Assembly: GCA_017937285.1 (NCBI GenBank)
Contig: JAGBDU010000038.1
Coordinates: 7,795-71,794, forward strand
DNA length: 64,000 nt
Reading direction: 5' to 3'
Origin: Clostridia bacterium
Lineage (GTDB): Bacteria > Bacillota > Clostridia > TANB77 > CAG-508
Below, in pieces: positions 36,607 to 47,289 of the stretch. The notes below the pieces were generated by a model that saw nothing but the letters and a program-made list of their open reading frames with translations, was not told the DNA's origin and did not search any database. A program made the position numbers and the translations under genes. Position 1 is the stretch's first letter; each line of letters begins with the position of its first letter.

Positions 36607-36705
36607 ATTCAGTGCCTTAAAATAAGCCATTTCAAGTGAGGTGGGTTCTATGGTTCCCAAACTGCGCATTACTGCATTTTTACAATATAATTCCTTTGGA
36701 ACTAC
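36607..36705. repeat. same intergenic repeat family, copy c (two halves in inverted orientation)
   Basis: ATTCAGTGCCTTAAAATAAGCCATTTCAAG forward. TGCATTTTTACAATATAATTCCTTTGGAACTAC is the reverse complement of GTAGTTCCAAAGGAATTATATTGTAAAAATGCA. Confidence 0.55.
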
Positions 36706-36927
36706 TATATATATTTATTTGAACTAAAAAATTATGAAAATACTTTAAAATTGAATTTTTAGATATACAAAATTTAGATTGTATATCTTTTTTATTATTA
36801 CACAAAATAAAATAAATAAACTGAAAATGTTTATTTTAAAAATAAACTATTGAGAACGAGATTTCTTTTATTTCAAACGAATCATATCTTCGTTCTAATA
36901 GTTTTAATGAAAGGATGGTATTTTTTT

Positions 36928-37365
36928 ATGAAAGTAAAAGATTGTATGTGTAATAATGTAGTTTGGTTAGAGCCAGAGACAAGTGTTTGCGATTGTGCAA
37001 AATTAATGTGTAAACAACATATAGGATGTATACCTGTATGTGATAAAAATCAAAATGTTGTTGGTTTTGTAACAGACAGAGACATTTTATTAAGAACAGT
37101 AGCTTGTAATAAAGATATTAACACAACAAAAATAAGTGATATAATGACAACAAATGTTTGTTGTTGTGATATTAATAATGATGTAGAGCATGCTACAAAA
37201 TTAATGTCTGAAAATCAAATAAGAAGAATACCAGTAGTAGAAAATAATAAAATAGTAGGAATATTAACATTAGGAGATTTAGCTAAAAATGAAGATATCA
37301 GCAATAGGGAAGTAGCAGAAACTTTTGAAAATATTTGTAATTGCAACCATAAAAATGCAGAATAA
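36928..37365 (+). CDS. CBS-pair domain protein, unusually cysteine-rich
   Basis: AAAGGATGG then ATG at 36928. Two CBS motifs (GCIPVCD..VGFVTDRDIL; IRRIPVVE..IVGILTLGDL). Confidence 0.8.
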   Translation: MKVKDCMCNNVVWLEPETSVCDCAKLMCKQHIGCIPVCDKNQNVVGFVTDRDILLRTVACNKDINTTKISDIMTTNVCCCDINNDVEHATKLMSENQIRRIPVVENNKIVGILTLGDLAKNEDISNREVAETFENICNCNHKNAE

Positions 37366-37631
37366 GGTAGGACTAAAATAAAAACATCATAAAAATTACT
37401 AGGGGACGAGTTAGAAATTATACGAGTTTCACTAACAATGTTGCTAAGCTAAGATTTTTGTACTCTACAATGTTACCGAGAGAAACGTAACATATATTAC
37501 GTTTCTCTCTAGTTTAGCGAATATTTTTAGAATAGATTTCTTAAGTTGGCAGTAGTGCTCCCTCTATGGGAGAGGAAGTTTAAATGAATAAAATTTTAAA
37601 ATAAGAATACAATATTACTGGTGATTTACAT

Positions 37632-38723
37632 ATGATTGTGAATGTTATGGATTTTAAAAAAGTAATTAAAAAGATATTAATATTAGTATTTTCAATAATA
37701 CTAATATGTTTAGGCTTTAAACTTGCCATTTTTTATATGCCATTTTTAATAGCTTTTGCACTATATTTATTAATAGAGCCAGTTATTAGGTTTTGTATGA
37801 ATAAATTTAATATGAAAAGAAAAACAAGTGCTTTGCTAATCTTAATTGTTGTACTAGCTATTATTATTGGTCTGTTAGTATGGGGAATAATGACAATAAT
37901 ATCAGAAGCTTCTAATTTGCTAAGTAATTTAAATGAATATGTAAATGTTATATATTCATTTATACAAGAAAAAACATCATCATTTGATTTCAGCAAAATA
38001 CAACTTTCTCCAGAGCTAAATGGAATACTAAATAATTCAACAGAAAATTTATTGATACATGTTTCAGAAATTGTAAAGAATTTTTTTACTGGCTTATTAA
38101 ATAACCTAACATCATTACCAACAGTTGGTTTTTATATTGTAATAACTATAATGTCATTATATTTTATAAGTACAGACAAAATATATATGATAGATCAACT
38201 AGAGCATCATTTTCCAAGAAGTTGGGTAAAAAAATTAGCATTGCATGTACATGGAATTGCTGAATCATTAGGAGGTTATTTAAAAGCTCAGGCTATCCTT
38301 ATATTAGTATCATTCGTAATTTCACTAGTAGGATTATATATATATTCACTAGTAGGTTTCAATATAAAATATCCGCTTCTAGTAGCTTTAGGAATAGGAT
38401 TTATCGATGCTCTTCCAATATTAGGCTCTGGGACAGTAATGGTACCATGGGCTATAATTGCAGCTTGTAAAGGTGATTTAAACTTAGGAATAGCAATACT
38501 TGTGTTATGGTTAATTATGTCAGTAGTAAGACAAATAATAGAACCTAAAATAGTAAGCGGACAACTAGGAATACATCCAATTTTTACATTAGTTGCCATG
38601 TACACAGGATTTAAATTTTGTGGAGTAATTGGACTTTTTGTAGGACCTATTATTTTAATTGTTTTAAAGAATATTTTTGAAAATAGGATAGATAAAGGAT
38701 TGGTTAAATCAATTATTGAGTAG
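37632..38723 (+). CDS. AI-2E/PerM (UPF0118) family permease, YtvI-like
   Basis: 363 aa, about 8 TM helices, GFIDALPILGSG...IEPKIVS motif typical of the family. Confidence 0.8.
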   Translation: MIVNVMDFKKVIKKILILVFSIILICLGFKLAIFYMPFLIAFALYLLIEPVIRFCMNKFNMKRKTSALLILIVVLAIIIGLLVWGIMTIISEASNLLSNLNEYVNVIYSFIQEKTSSFDFSKIQLSPELNGILNNSTENLLIHVSEIVKNFFTGLLNNLTSLPTVGFYIVITIMSLYFISTDKIYMIDQLEHHFPRSWVKKLALHVHGIAESLGGYLKAQAILILVSFVISLVGLYIYSLVGFNIKYPLLVALGIGFIDALPILGSGTVMVPWAIIAACKGDLNLGIAILVLWLIMSVVRQIIEPKIVSGQLGIHPIFTLVAMYTGFKFCGVIGLFVGPIILIVLKNIFENRIDKGLVKSIIE

Positions 38724-38918
38724 TTGGGGACGGAGCAAAAAATCAAAGAGGCTTGACCTCAAGTTGGGGACGGAGCAAAAAATCAAAGTTGTCATAATTG
38801 AACTTGTGAATTGTAGTAAGAAATGTTACATTTTATAATATCAATTATGACAACTTTGATTTTTTGCTCCGTCCCCAACTTGAGGTCAAGCCTCTTTGAT
38901 TTTTTGCCCCGTCCCCAA
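38724..38918. repeat. 195-bp palindromic element (78-nt arms, 39-nt loop), two AGTTGGGGACGGAGCAAAAAATCAAAG copies per arm
   Basis: The reverse complement of 38841-38918 equals 38724-38801 at 77/78 positions. The element fills the gap between the stop codons of two convergent genes. Confidence 0.9.
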
Positions 38919-38919
38919 T

Positions 38920-39477
38920 TTAAAGTTTTTCAGTCTCAACATATCCCTCGTCAGGAGGATATACATATGGATTTTCAGGAGCACTAGTTTCATTAATCTT
39001 AGTAATTTCAAGCACTGGAATTTCAGAATGATAATATCCTTTTGTTATAGTTCCTTCAATTTCAACCCAAGTACCATCAGCAAATTTACTACTTCCTGCA
39101 GAATTACATAAAAAACCAACTACAACAGCTTGTGCTTGTGTTTTTGATGTTTGCGAAGCTATCATTTCTCTTCCTAATACAAATTGATTTTCATTAAAAT
39201 CATAAAGTCTATAAACAAATCCAGAAAATTTAATTTTTTTGCCTAAATATAAATCTATATTTTCATGACAGCTTTTTAAAACATTAGTATAATTTTGAGC
39301 AGAAATTTCGGTTACATCAGCACTTTTTACCTCACAATCATCAACAAAATTTTTCTTAGAATTATTTACTAATGAATAAATTCCAAATATTGCAGAAATA
39401 ATAGTAACAGTAATTACTATATATATAATGATTTTAAAAATTTTAGATTTATTTAAACTAACATTGCAAATAAACAT
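38920..39477 (-). CDS. membrane-anchored protein, DUF1980/YcgQ-C-terminal-like
   Basis: GAAAGAGG then ATG at 39477. TM anchor, then KIKFSGFVYR...FVLGREMI...GTWVEIEGTI...PVLEI...PYVYP, which resembles TIGR03943-type proteins. Confidence 0.5.
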   Translation of the reverse strand: MFICNVSLNKSKIFKIIIYIVITVTIISAIFGIYSLVNNSKKNFVDDCEVKSADVTEISAQNYTNVLKSCHENIDLYLGKKIKFSGFVYRLYDFNENQFVLGREMIASQTSKTQAQAVVVGFLCNSAGSSKFADGTWVEIEGTITKGYYHSEIPVLEITKINETSAPENPYVYPPDEGYVETEKL

Positions 39478-39679
39478 ATAAATACCTCTTTCAACCTTGG
39501 CAAAATAAAATTTTTGTGACACACTGCATCATAAAAATTCAATTTTAGTACCTAATTTTTAATAAATTTTATGTTTAAATTAAAAAAAATATGATTTTTG
39601 TTGCGAAAAAATACATTTAGTGATATAGTACTAAAAGAAAAAAACTTAAGACACATAAGACGTAAAGGAGAAAAAAATA

Positions 39680-42442
39680 ATGGGTATAATCAAAAAATTA
39701 TTTAACTATAGTGAAAAAGAAGTAAAAAGAGTTATGCCATTGGTAGAAAAAATAAATGGTTTAGAAGACTCTATGAAAAAATTAACAGATTCAGAATTAA
39801 GACAAAAAACAGAAGAATTCAAAAAAAGACTAACTGAAGGAGAAACTTTAGACGATTTATTACCAGAAGCATTTGCAGTAGTAAGAGAAGCAGCAGTTAG
39901 AGTTTTAGGTATGAGACCATTCGATGTTCAATTAATAGGTGGTATTATATTACATCAAGGTAGAATTGCCGAAATGAAAACAGGTGAAGGAAAAACATTA
40001 GTTGCAACACTTCCAGCATACTTAAATGCATTAACAGGTGAAGGTGTTCACGTAATTACAGTTAACGATTACTTAGCAAAATACCAAGGAGAAATGATGG
40101 GTAACCTATACAAATTCCTTGGATTAACAGTAGGAATAATTGTAAATGGAATGAAACCAAATGAAAAAAAAGCAGCTTATGATTGTGACATAACATATGG
40201 AACAAATAATGAATATGGATTTGATTATCTAAGAGATAACATGGTAATATACAAAGACCAATTAGTTCAAAGAAAACTAAAATATGCTATTGTCGATGAA
40301 ATCGATAGTATTTTAATAGATGAAGCTCGTACACCACTTATTATTTCAGGTAGAGCAAATAAATCTTCTAACTTATACTCAAAAGCAGATTCATTTGTAA
40401 GAAAACTAACACCAAAAGTTATAGTAGAAGAAGATGTAAAAAATGTAGAACAAGCTGAAGATAATGAAAATTATGATTATATAGTAGACTTAAAAGCTAA
40501 ATCTGCAACACTAACAGACAAAGGTATAAAAAAGGCAGAAGCAGAATTTGGATTAGAAAATTTCAACGATTTAGATAACTCAGAATTAGTTCATAATGTA
40601 AACCAAGCACTAAGAGCCCATGGAGTTATGAAAAAAGATACTGACTATATCGTAAAAAATGGCGAAGTTTTAATTGTAGATGAATTTACAGGTCGTATCA
40701 TGTATGGAAGAAGATACAACAATGGATTACATCAAGCAATTGAAGCTAAAGAGCATGTTAAAATAGCAGATGAATCAAAAACACTTGCTACAATAACATT
40801 CCAAAACTACTTCAGAATGTATGAAAAATTATCAGGTATGACAGGTACTGCAAAAACAGAAGATGCAGAGTTCCAAGAAATATATAAATTAGATGTTATC
40901 GAAATTCCTACAAATAAACCAATGATTAGAAAAGATAACAATGATGTTATATACAAAAATGAAGCTGGTAAATTTAGAGCAGTAGTACAAGAAGTAAAAG
41001 AAAGCCATGAAAAAGGACAACCAGTTCTAATAGGTACTGTTTCAATTGAAAAATCAGAAAAATTAAGCAAAATGCTTCAAAAAGAAGGAATTAAACATGA
41101 AGTATTAAATGCTAAACAACACGAAAAAGAAGCTGAAATTATTGCTCAAGCTGGTAAATATGGTGCTGTTACAATAGCAACAAACATGGCTGGTCGTGGT
41201 ACTGATATCATGCTTGGAGGAAACAGTGAATACTTAGCAAAACAACAACTAAGAATGGAAAAATACACACCAGAGCAAGTTGAAGAAGCAACAACATACT
41301 ACGAAACAGATGATGAGCAAATCAAAAAAGAAAGAGCTCATTACAAAGAGCTAAAAGATAAATTTGAAGAAAAAATCAAAGAAGAAAAAGAAAAAGTTGT
41401 AGCTGCAGGTGGATTAAAAATAATAGGTACAGAAAGACATGAATCTCGAAGAATTGATAACCAGTTACGTGGACGTAGTGGTCGTCAAGGAGATCCAGGT
41501 GAATCAAGATTTTATATATCTTTAGATGATGATTTAATGAAAATCTTCGGAGGAGACAAAATAGTAAAAGTATATGAAAAACTTGGTGCAGATGAAGATA
41601 TGCCAATAAATTCAAAAATAATCTCAAATGCAGTAGAATCAGCTCAAAAAAGAGTAGAAGGTAAAAACTTTAGCATTAGAAAACATGTACTTCAATATGA
41701 TGATGTTATGAATTCTCAAAGAGAAATCATATATGCTCAAAGAAAACAAGTTCTAGATGGTGACAACTTAAAAGATAATGTATTAAAAATGATAGATGAT
41801 TCAATAGAAAGATTAGTAAATAGCTATGTATCAGAAGAAAAACTTACAAACTCTGAATCATTACTACAAGATATAGAAGTTTCTTTCGGAATAAAAGAAG
41901 TAGAATCAATAAAAAAAGAAAATACTACAGCAGAAGATGTAATTAATGAATTAAAAGAAAAAACACATAAAATTTATGAAGATAAAGAAACAGAATTTGG
42001 CACAGAAAATATGAGAGAACTTGAAAGAGTTGTTATGTTAAAAGTTGTAGACCAAAAATGGATGGATCATATAGATGACATGGATGAACTAAAAAACGGT
42101 ATTGGACTTCGTGCATACGGACAAAAAGATCCAGTTGTACAATACAGACTTGAAGGTGCAGACATGTTTGATGATATGATAGAATCATTAAAAGATGATG
42201 TATCAAAAATAATGTTAAATATCCAAAAGAAAGAAGAAAATGTACAAAGAAAAGAAACAGCAGAAATAACAGGAGCAGGATTAGAAGACACAGCTATCAA
42301 TTTAGTTGATGGTACTGTTAAACCTAAAGAAGGTGGACTTAATAAAACTATAGTAAAAACTGAACCAAAAGTTGGAAGAAATGATCCTTGTCCATGTGGA
42401 AGTGGGAAGAAATACAAAAATTGTTGTGGTAAAAATCAGTAA
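39680..42442 (+). CDS. secA: preprotein translocase ATPase SecA
   Basis: 920 aa, [38 protein letters not shown]-terminal zinc motif [14 protein letters not shown]. Confidence 0.95.
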   Translation: MGIIKKLFNYSEKEVKRVMPLVEKINGLEDSMKKLTDSELRQKTEEFKKRLTEGETLDDLLPEAFAVVREAAVRVLGMRPFDVQLIGGIILHQGRIAEMKTGEGKTLVATLPAYLNALTGEGVHVITVNDYLAKYQGEMMGNLYKFLGLTVGIIVNGMKPNEKKAAYDCDITYGTNNEYGFDYLRDNMVIYKDQLVQRKLKYAIVDEIDSILIDEARTPLIISGRANKSSNLYSKADSFVRKLTPKVIVEEDVKNVEQAEDNENYDYIVDLKAKSATLTDKGIKKAEAEFGLENFNDLDNSELVHNVNQALRAHGVMKKDTDYIVKNGEVLIVDEFTGRIMYGRRYNNGLHQAIEAKEHVKIADESKTLATITFQNYFRMYEKLSGMTGTAKTEDAEFQEIYKLDVIEIPTNKPMIRKDNNDVIYKNEAGKFRAVVQEVKESHEKGQPVLIGTVSIEKSEKLSKMLQKEGIKHEVLNAKQHEKEAEIIAQAGKYGAVTIATNMAGRGTDIMLGGNSEYLAKQQLRMEKYTPEQVEEATTYYETDDEQIKKERAHYKELKDKFEEKIKEEKEKVVAAGGLKIIGTERHESRRIDNQLRGRSGRQGDPGESRFYISLDDDLMKIFGGDKIVKVYEKLGADEDMPINSKIISNAVESAQKRVEGKNFSIRKHVLQYDDVMNSQREIIYAQRKQVLDGDNLKDNVLKMIDDSIERLVNSYVSEEKLTNSESLLQDIEVSFGIKEVESIKKENTTAEDVINELKEKTHKIYEDKETEFGTENMRELERVVMLKVVDQKWMDHIDDMDELKNGIGLRAYGQKDPVVQYRLEGADMFDDMIESLKDDVSKIMLNIQKKEENVQRKETAEITGAGLEDTAINLVDGTVKPKEGGLNKTIVKTEPKVGRNDPCPCGSGKKYKNCCGKNQ

Positions 42443-42497
42443 TTTCAAGGGTTACAGAGTTTTTGACAAATTGACATAAATGTGGAAATTGAGCTTT

Positions 42498-42585
42498 TGT
42501 CGCCAATTTGTCGCCAAACAAATAAAATCTGTCGCCAAAATTCCTTAAAAATGCTTATTTATCAATGAATACAGACTCGGCGACA
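42498..42585 (+). repeat. three direct TGTCGCCAA repeats plus one inverted copy (candidate arm/operator sites of a decayed integrative element)
   Basis: TGTCGCCAA at 42498, 42509 and 42530; TCGGCGACA at 42577. They lie immediately upstream of the integrase remnant. Confidence 0.55.
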
Positions 42586-42685
42586 AAAATAAAATATTAA
42601 AAAAGTTTAATATTGACTGACATTGTAAAAGATGCCAGTCTTTTTTCGTTCAATCGTTATTTGCAGATTGGAGGTAAAAAATAAA

Positions 42686-42832
42686 ATGGTAAATGTAAGA
42701 AAGAGAGGAAATGTTTATGAGTACAATTTTGATGTTGCTAAAATTGAGAGGAAAAGAAAACGAATTACAAAATCAGGTTTTAAAACAAAAGCAGAAGCAC
42801 TAAAACAAGGAACAATAGCTTATAATGAATAA
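42686..42832 (+). pseudogene. N-terminal (arm-binding) fragment of a phage-type tyrosine integrase
   Basis: GGAGG RBS. MVNVRKRGNVYEYNFDVAKIERKRKRITKSGFKTKAEALKQG matches the integrase N-terminal pattern. It stops after 48 aa with no catalytic domain. Confidence 0.6.
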
Positions 42833-42846
42833 TTAAATACTGGTAG

Positions 42847-43224
42847 GAAATTTGTAGCACATATATTTACATAAGTCAAATTGCAAAAAAATATAATATT
42901 TTATTTCATACAGATAGTGTACAAGCAATAGGAAATGTAAAGATAGATATTCAAAACATGAATATAGACTCACTTTCCTTATCAGCACATAAATTTTATG
43001 GACCTAAGGGAATAGGAGTATTATATTTAAGAGATGGAGTAAAATTCAGAAAATATTTAAATGGTGGACATCAAGAGAGAAACAGAAGAGCAGGGACAGA
43101 AAATGTTGCTGGTATTGTTGGATTAGCAAAAGCATTAACCATAGCCTATGAAAACTTAGAAGAAAATAATAATAGAACAATTGAGTTGAGAAATTATTTT
43201 ATAAATGAAATTAAAAAAATATAG
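42847..43224 (+). pseudogene. internal fragment of a cysteine desulfurase (NifS/IscS class V aminotransferase)
   Basis: ...IAKKYNILFHTDSVQAIGNVKIDIQNMNIDSLSLSAHKFYGPKGIGVLYLR...GGHQERNRRAGTENV carries the PLP-lysine SAHK motif. The N-terminal ~200 aa and the C-terminal Cys loop are missing. Confidence 0.7.
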
Positions 43225-43274
43225 GTTGATGTTGTTGATAAATTAAGGAAATTATCTCCATTATATTGCTACTT

Positions 43275-43287
43275 CCTGAACTGTAAC
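43275..43287 (-). repeat. same intergenic repeat family, core only, copy d
   Basis: CCTGAACTGTAAC is the reverse complement of GTTACAGTTCAGG. Confidence 0.5.
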
Positions 43288-43381
43288 TATATGCAGGATT
43301 ATTTATTAAAATTTAATAAATTTAATTGAATTTACATTTATCATATGATAAACTAAAACTATCAAGGAAGGAAGTGTTAAA

Positions 43382-44489
43382 ATGATTGAATTAGAAGAAA
43401 ATTCAAAAACTTTACAATCAATAAAATTAAAATTAGAAAGTATAGGTGAATCTCTTTGACATACCTAAGCTAGAAGATGAATTAAAAAAATTAGAGGAAC
43501 AAACACTTGAACAAGAATTTTGGAATGATAGCAAAAAATCTGGTAAAGTATTACAAGAAATTAAAATAATAAAAAACAAAAAAGATAAATATACAAAGTT
43601 AAAATCAGAGCTATTAAATTTAATAGAAATGAACGAATTATTACAAATAGATGAAGACGAATCAATTGCAAAAGAATTGCTACAAAACACGTCATCTTTA
43701 GAAAAAGATATAGAAAATTTAGAAATCGAAACATTGCTTTCAGGAAAATATGATATAAATAATGCAATAGTAACAATTCATCCAGGAGCAGGTGGAACAG
43801 AATCGCAAGACTGGGCAGAAATGTTATACAGAATGTATACAAGATGGGCAAATGATAATGGATATACTATTAAGGAATTAGACTATTTAGATGGTGATGA
43901 GGCAGGTTTAAAAAGTGTAACATTCTTAATCTCTGGTGATTATGCATATGGATATATGAAATCAGAAAAAGGAGTACATAGATTAGTAAGAATATCACCA
44001 TTTGATGCAGGAGGAAGGAGACATACATCATTTGCATCTGTTGAAATATTACCCGAAATTACAGAAGATATAGAAATAGACATTAATCCAGATGACTTAA
44101 GAATAGATACATATCGTGCCTCTGGAGCAGGTGGTCAACATATAAATAAAACTTCTTCAGCAGTAAGAATAACACACATTCCAACAAATACTGTAGTGGC
44201 ATGTCAAACAGAAAGATCTCAAATTCAAAATAGAGAAACAGCAATGAAAATGTTAAAGTCTAAGTTATTGAATTTAAAGGAGCAGGAGCATAAAGAAAAG
44301 ATAGAAGACTTAAAAGGTGAACAAAAAGATATAGCATGGGGAAGTCAAATACGTTCATATGTATTTTGCCCATATACCTTAGTAAAAGACCATAGAACAA
44401 ATTATGAAGTAGGAAATGTCCAAAGTGTAATGGATGGAGACTTAAATGAATTTATGAAAAGCTATTTAAAATCATTACAAACTAAATAA
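43382..44489 (+). CDS. prfB: peptide chain release factor 2, with programmed +1 frameshift at CTT TGA C (43454-43460)
   Basis: ATG 43382 gives MIELEENSKTLQSIKLKLESIGESL, then TGA. The +1 frame continues DIPKLEDE... and contains the SPF and GGQ motifs. Confidence 0.9.
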
Positions 44490-44518
44490 TAATAATAATA
44501 ATACAAAGGAGAACTATT

Positions 44519-45157
44519 ATGAAACTTAAAGAAATATATTTAGAAAATCAGGTTCGTAGATATAGCAGTATAAATAAAATAAAAAAAGAAAATATCAAAT
44601 TGGATATAGACCCAATAAAAAAAATAAAAAACAACTGGATTATACTACTAGCTATGTTTGTTATTATAATAGCTATGTTATTATTAAATTTTAATCTTTC
44701 ATATTTTATAGTTTCAATAGGTTTAATATTTACATTAGTAATTGTGTTTATATTTGGAAATAAATCGACTTTATTATGTGATAAAAATACATTAAACGTA
44801 AAACAAGGATTTCAAAATATAAATATACCATATAATCGCTTAAAAAATGTATATATAGGAAAAGTTAGTGGAGTATTATTTTTTCTTCCAGCAATGACTT
44901 ATAATATTATAATTAGATACGAAGATAATTTTTCTTTTCTTAGAGAATTAGAATTTTCACTATTTTGTGCAGATACAAAAGAAGTAAATGATTTTATAAA
45001 CAACTTTTTAATTGAAGAAAAAGTAGAAGAAAGATATGTTAGATATGAAAAAAGAAAAATTTTCAGAAGATTGTTAAGTACTCTAATAACTGTAATACTT
45101 GCTGTCGGATTGCTCATATATTTTTTGCCAAAATGTGGCATAAATTTGCTTCCATAA
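44519..45157 (+). CDS. hypothetical membrane protein
   Basis: AAGGAG RBS, 212 aa, 3-4 TM helices. No family recognised. Confidence 0.6.
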   Translation: MKLKEIYLENQVRRYSSINKIKKENIKLDIDPIKKIKNNWIILLAMFVIIIAMLLLNFNLSYFIVSIGLIFTLVIVFIFGNKSTLLCDKNTLNVKQGFQNINIPYNRLKNVYIGKVSGVLFFLPAMTYNIIIRYEDNFSFLRELEFSLFCADTKEVNDFINNFLIEEKVEERYVRYEKRKIFRRLLSTLITVILAVGLLIYFLPKCGINLLP

Positions 45158-45221
45158 TATAATATAGTATAGTCTACAAAATATTGTAGACTAAATTTTT
45201 TATATAAAGGATGCAGATATA

Positions 45222-46391
45222 ATGAATACTATAGTTTTAAAATTTGGTGGCACTTCTGTAGCAGATAACGAAAAACTAAACATCGTAGCAAATAAAATTA
45301 CTACATTATATGATGAAGGATATGATATAGTAGTTGTTGTTTCAGCGCAAGGAAAAAAGACAGATTCATTATTAAATGAAGCATATGAACTATCAAAAAA
45401 TCCAATAGACAGAGAGCTAGATGTTTTACTTAGTACTGGCGAACAGGCATCAATTTCAAAATTAAGTATATTATTAAATGAATTGGGATATAAATCAATT
45501 TCTTTAACAGGTTGGCAGGCAGGCATATACACAAATAATATTAATCAAAATGCTATTATAGAGCATATAGATACAAAAAGAATAAATTCTGAACTTTCTG
45601 ATGGAAAAATTGTTATAATAGCTGGATTTCAAGGAATAAATGAAAATTTAGATATAACAACATTAGGAAGAGGTGGATCAGACACCACAGCAGTATCTGT
45701 TGCAGCAGCTTTAAATGCAACAGAATGTTATATATACTCAGATGTAGAAGGAGTATTTACATCTGATCCAAAAAAAGTAGCTAATGCTAAAAAACTAAAA
45801 GAAGTTTCATATGATGAAATGTTAGATATTTCAAACGAAGGTGCAAAAGTACTTCATAACAGATGTGTTGAAATAGGGAAGAAGTTTAATATACCTATAA
45901 TAGCGAAATCTACATTTAAAGAAGATAATGGAACTATTATAAATAATAAAATAGAATCACAAAAAATAAAAAGTTTAGTAAAAAATGATGAGTTATTATC
46001 GATACAAATAATTGGAAAAAAAATAGACTTTATAAGAATATATGATTTATTTGTAAAAAATGAAATTATGCCAATTGAATTTATTAATAATACTAATGAG
46101 ATAAAAGCTTTATTTAAATCAAGTCAATTAAATAAAATAAACTTTATAATAAAAGAAGAGCTTAATAATTTTGATGTTTTAATGCATAATATATCTAGAA
46201 TATCAATAATTGGTTATGGAATTGCAAATGATAATAATATATTAAAACAAATAATAGCAATCTTAGATAAAGAAAAATTCGATATTCAAAAAATAGATAT
46301 AAATAATGGAAAAATTAGAATTACATTTAAAACAACAGTGCCAAATGCGATACTCGAAACACTTCATAGCGAGTTAATAAAGACAGTATAA
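45222..46391 (+). CDS. aspartate kinase
   Basis: VLKFGGTSV, GRGGSDTTA and a C-terminal ACT-like region. Confidence 0.9.
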   Translation: MNTIVLKFGGTSVADNEKLNIVANKITTLYDEGYDIVVVVSAQGKKTDSLLNEAYELSKNPIDRELDVLLSTGEQASISKLSILLNELGYKSISLTGWQAGIYTNNINQNAIIEHIDTKRINSELSDGKIVIIAGFQGINENLDITTLGRGGSDTTAVSVAAALNATECYIYSDVEGVFTSDPKKVANAKKLKEVSYDEMLDISNEGAKVLHNRCVEIGKKFNIPIIAKSTFKEDNGTIINNKIESQKIKSLVKNDELLSIQIIGKKIDFIRIYDLFVKNEIMPIEFINNTNEIKALFKSSQLNKINFIIKEELNNFDVLMHNISRISIIGYGIANDNNILKQIIAILDKEKFDIQKIDINNGKIRITFKTTVPNAILETLHSELIKTV

Positions 46392-46416
46392 AAGCTGTCT
46401 TTATTTAGTTTCATCT

Positions 46417-46475
46417 AAAAAGCGGACAGAGCATAAAACATTATATTTAATGTTTTATGCTCTGTCCGCTTTTTT
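46417..46475 (+). terminator. long-stem rho-independent terminator
   Basis: 27-bp perfect stem AAAAAGCGGACAGAGCATAAAACATTA / TAATGTTTTATGCTCTGTCCGCTTTTT. Confidence 0.85.
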
Positions 46476-46528
46476 GGTATAATTTTATATTATATGAATA
46501 TATTTTACAAAAGGAGAGTGGAAAAGCT

Positions 46529-46834
46529 ATGAATATTGAGGAGAGAAAAAATAATTCTGCATCAAAATCAAATATTATTCAAAATTTAATATTGGAAAGT
46601 AGAGAAAAATTAAATATATCAGGTGCATTAGATGTGCTTAGTTTTGATGATCAAATAGTTATACTTGAAACACATTTAGGGTTATTAACAGTAAAAGGTG
46701 AAGATTTGAGAATTAATAAATTAAATATAGAATCAGAAGAAGTAATTGTTGATGGAAATATTTCAAGTTTATGCTATAGTGATAAAAGCTTTGAAAAAAG
46801 GGAAAATAATTTTTTAAGTAAAATTTTTAAATAG
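46529..46834 (+). CDS. yabP: sporulation protein YabP
   Basis: AAGGAGAG RBS. LILESREKLNISGALDVLSFDDQIVILETHLGLLTVKGEDLRINKLNIE. Confidence 0.85.
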   Translation: MNIEERKNNSASKSNIIQNLILESREKLNISGALDVLSFDDQIVILETHLGLLTVKGEDLRINKLNIESEEVIVDGNISSLCYSDKSFEKRENNFLSKIFK

Positions 46835-46846
46835 GAGTTAAAACTT

Positions 46847-47248
46847 TTGAATGAATTGATATATCAGCAAATTAAGATATTAATTATATTTATTTTAACA
46901 GGTATGTGTATAAGTTTATTATTTGATTTTTTTAGAATTCAGCGAAAAGTTTTTAAAACATTTGATCTTATTACATATATTCAAGATGTTTTATTTTGGA
47001 TTCTTTCAGGAATAATTTTAATAATTGTTATAATGAAATATACTAATGGTGAAATTAGAATATATATGATATCTGGGATGGCTTTAGGAATAATAATATA
47101 TTTAAGGCTAATTAGTAAATATATTATTAAAATAAATACTTCAATTTTAAGATTTATAATAAAATTTATTAAATTAATATTAGTACCTTTAAAAAAATTT
47201 TGTGAAATACTAAAAAAAAGCTGGAAAAAGAAGAATAATATGTTATAA
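46847..47248 (+). CDS. yabQ: spore cortex biosynthesis protein YabQ
   Basis: Small 4-TM protein immediately after yabP, FDFFRIQRKVF motif, TTG start. Confidence 0.7.
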   Translation: MNELIYQQIKILIIFILTGMCISLLFDFFRIQRKVFKTFDLITYIQDVLFWILSGIILIIVIMKYTNGEIRIYMISGMALGIIIYLRLISKYIIKINTSILRFIIKFIKLILVPLKKFCEILKKSWKKKNNML

Positions 47249-47289
47249 TATAGAAGTATATAATAATTATTAGTATTGGAGAAAAACAT

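Noticed and set aside
37370-37631. Possible ncRNA or riboswitch between the CBS gene and the YtvI-like permease
   Set aside because: It contains a strong hairpin (GAGAGAAACGTAA..TTACGTTTCTCTC, about 37479-37511), probably the CBS gene terminator, and a small CTCCC..GGGAG stem. No known riboswitch or T-box core motifs were found.
38724-38918. Possible CRISPR-like array (27-nt direct repeats)
   Set aside because: There are only two direct copies per arm, separated by 13 nt. The whole structure is mirrored as a perfect palindrome, and there are no spacers of CRISPR size and no cas genes in the window.
38288-39111. ORFs 38288-38746(-) and 38896-39111(+), starting MIFCSVPN / MIFCPVPN
   Set aside because: Both start inside the arms of the 195-bp palindrome, which explains the near-identical N-termini. 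They then run antisense to well-supported genes, so they are artefacts of the inverted repeat.
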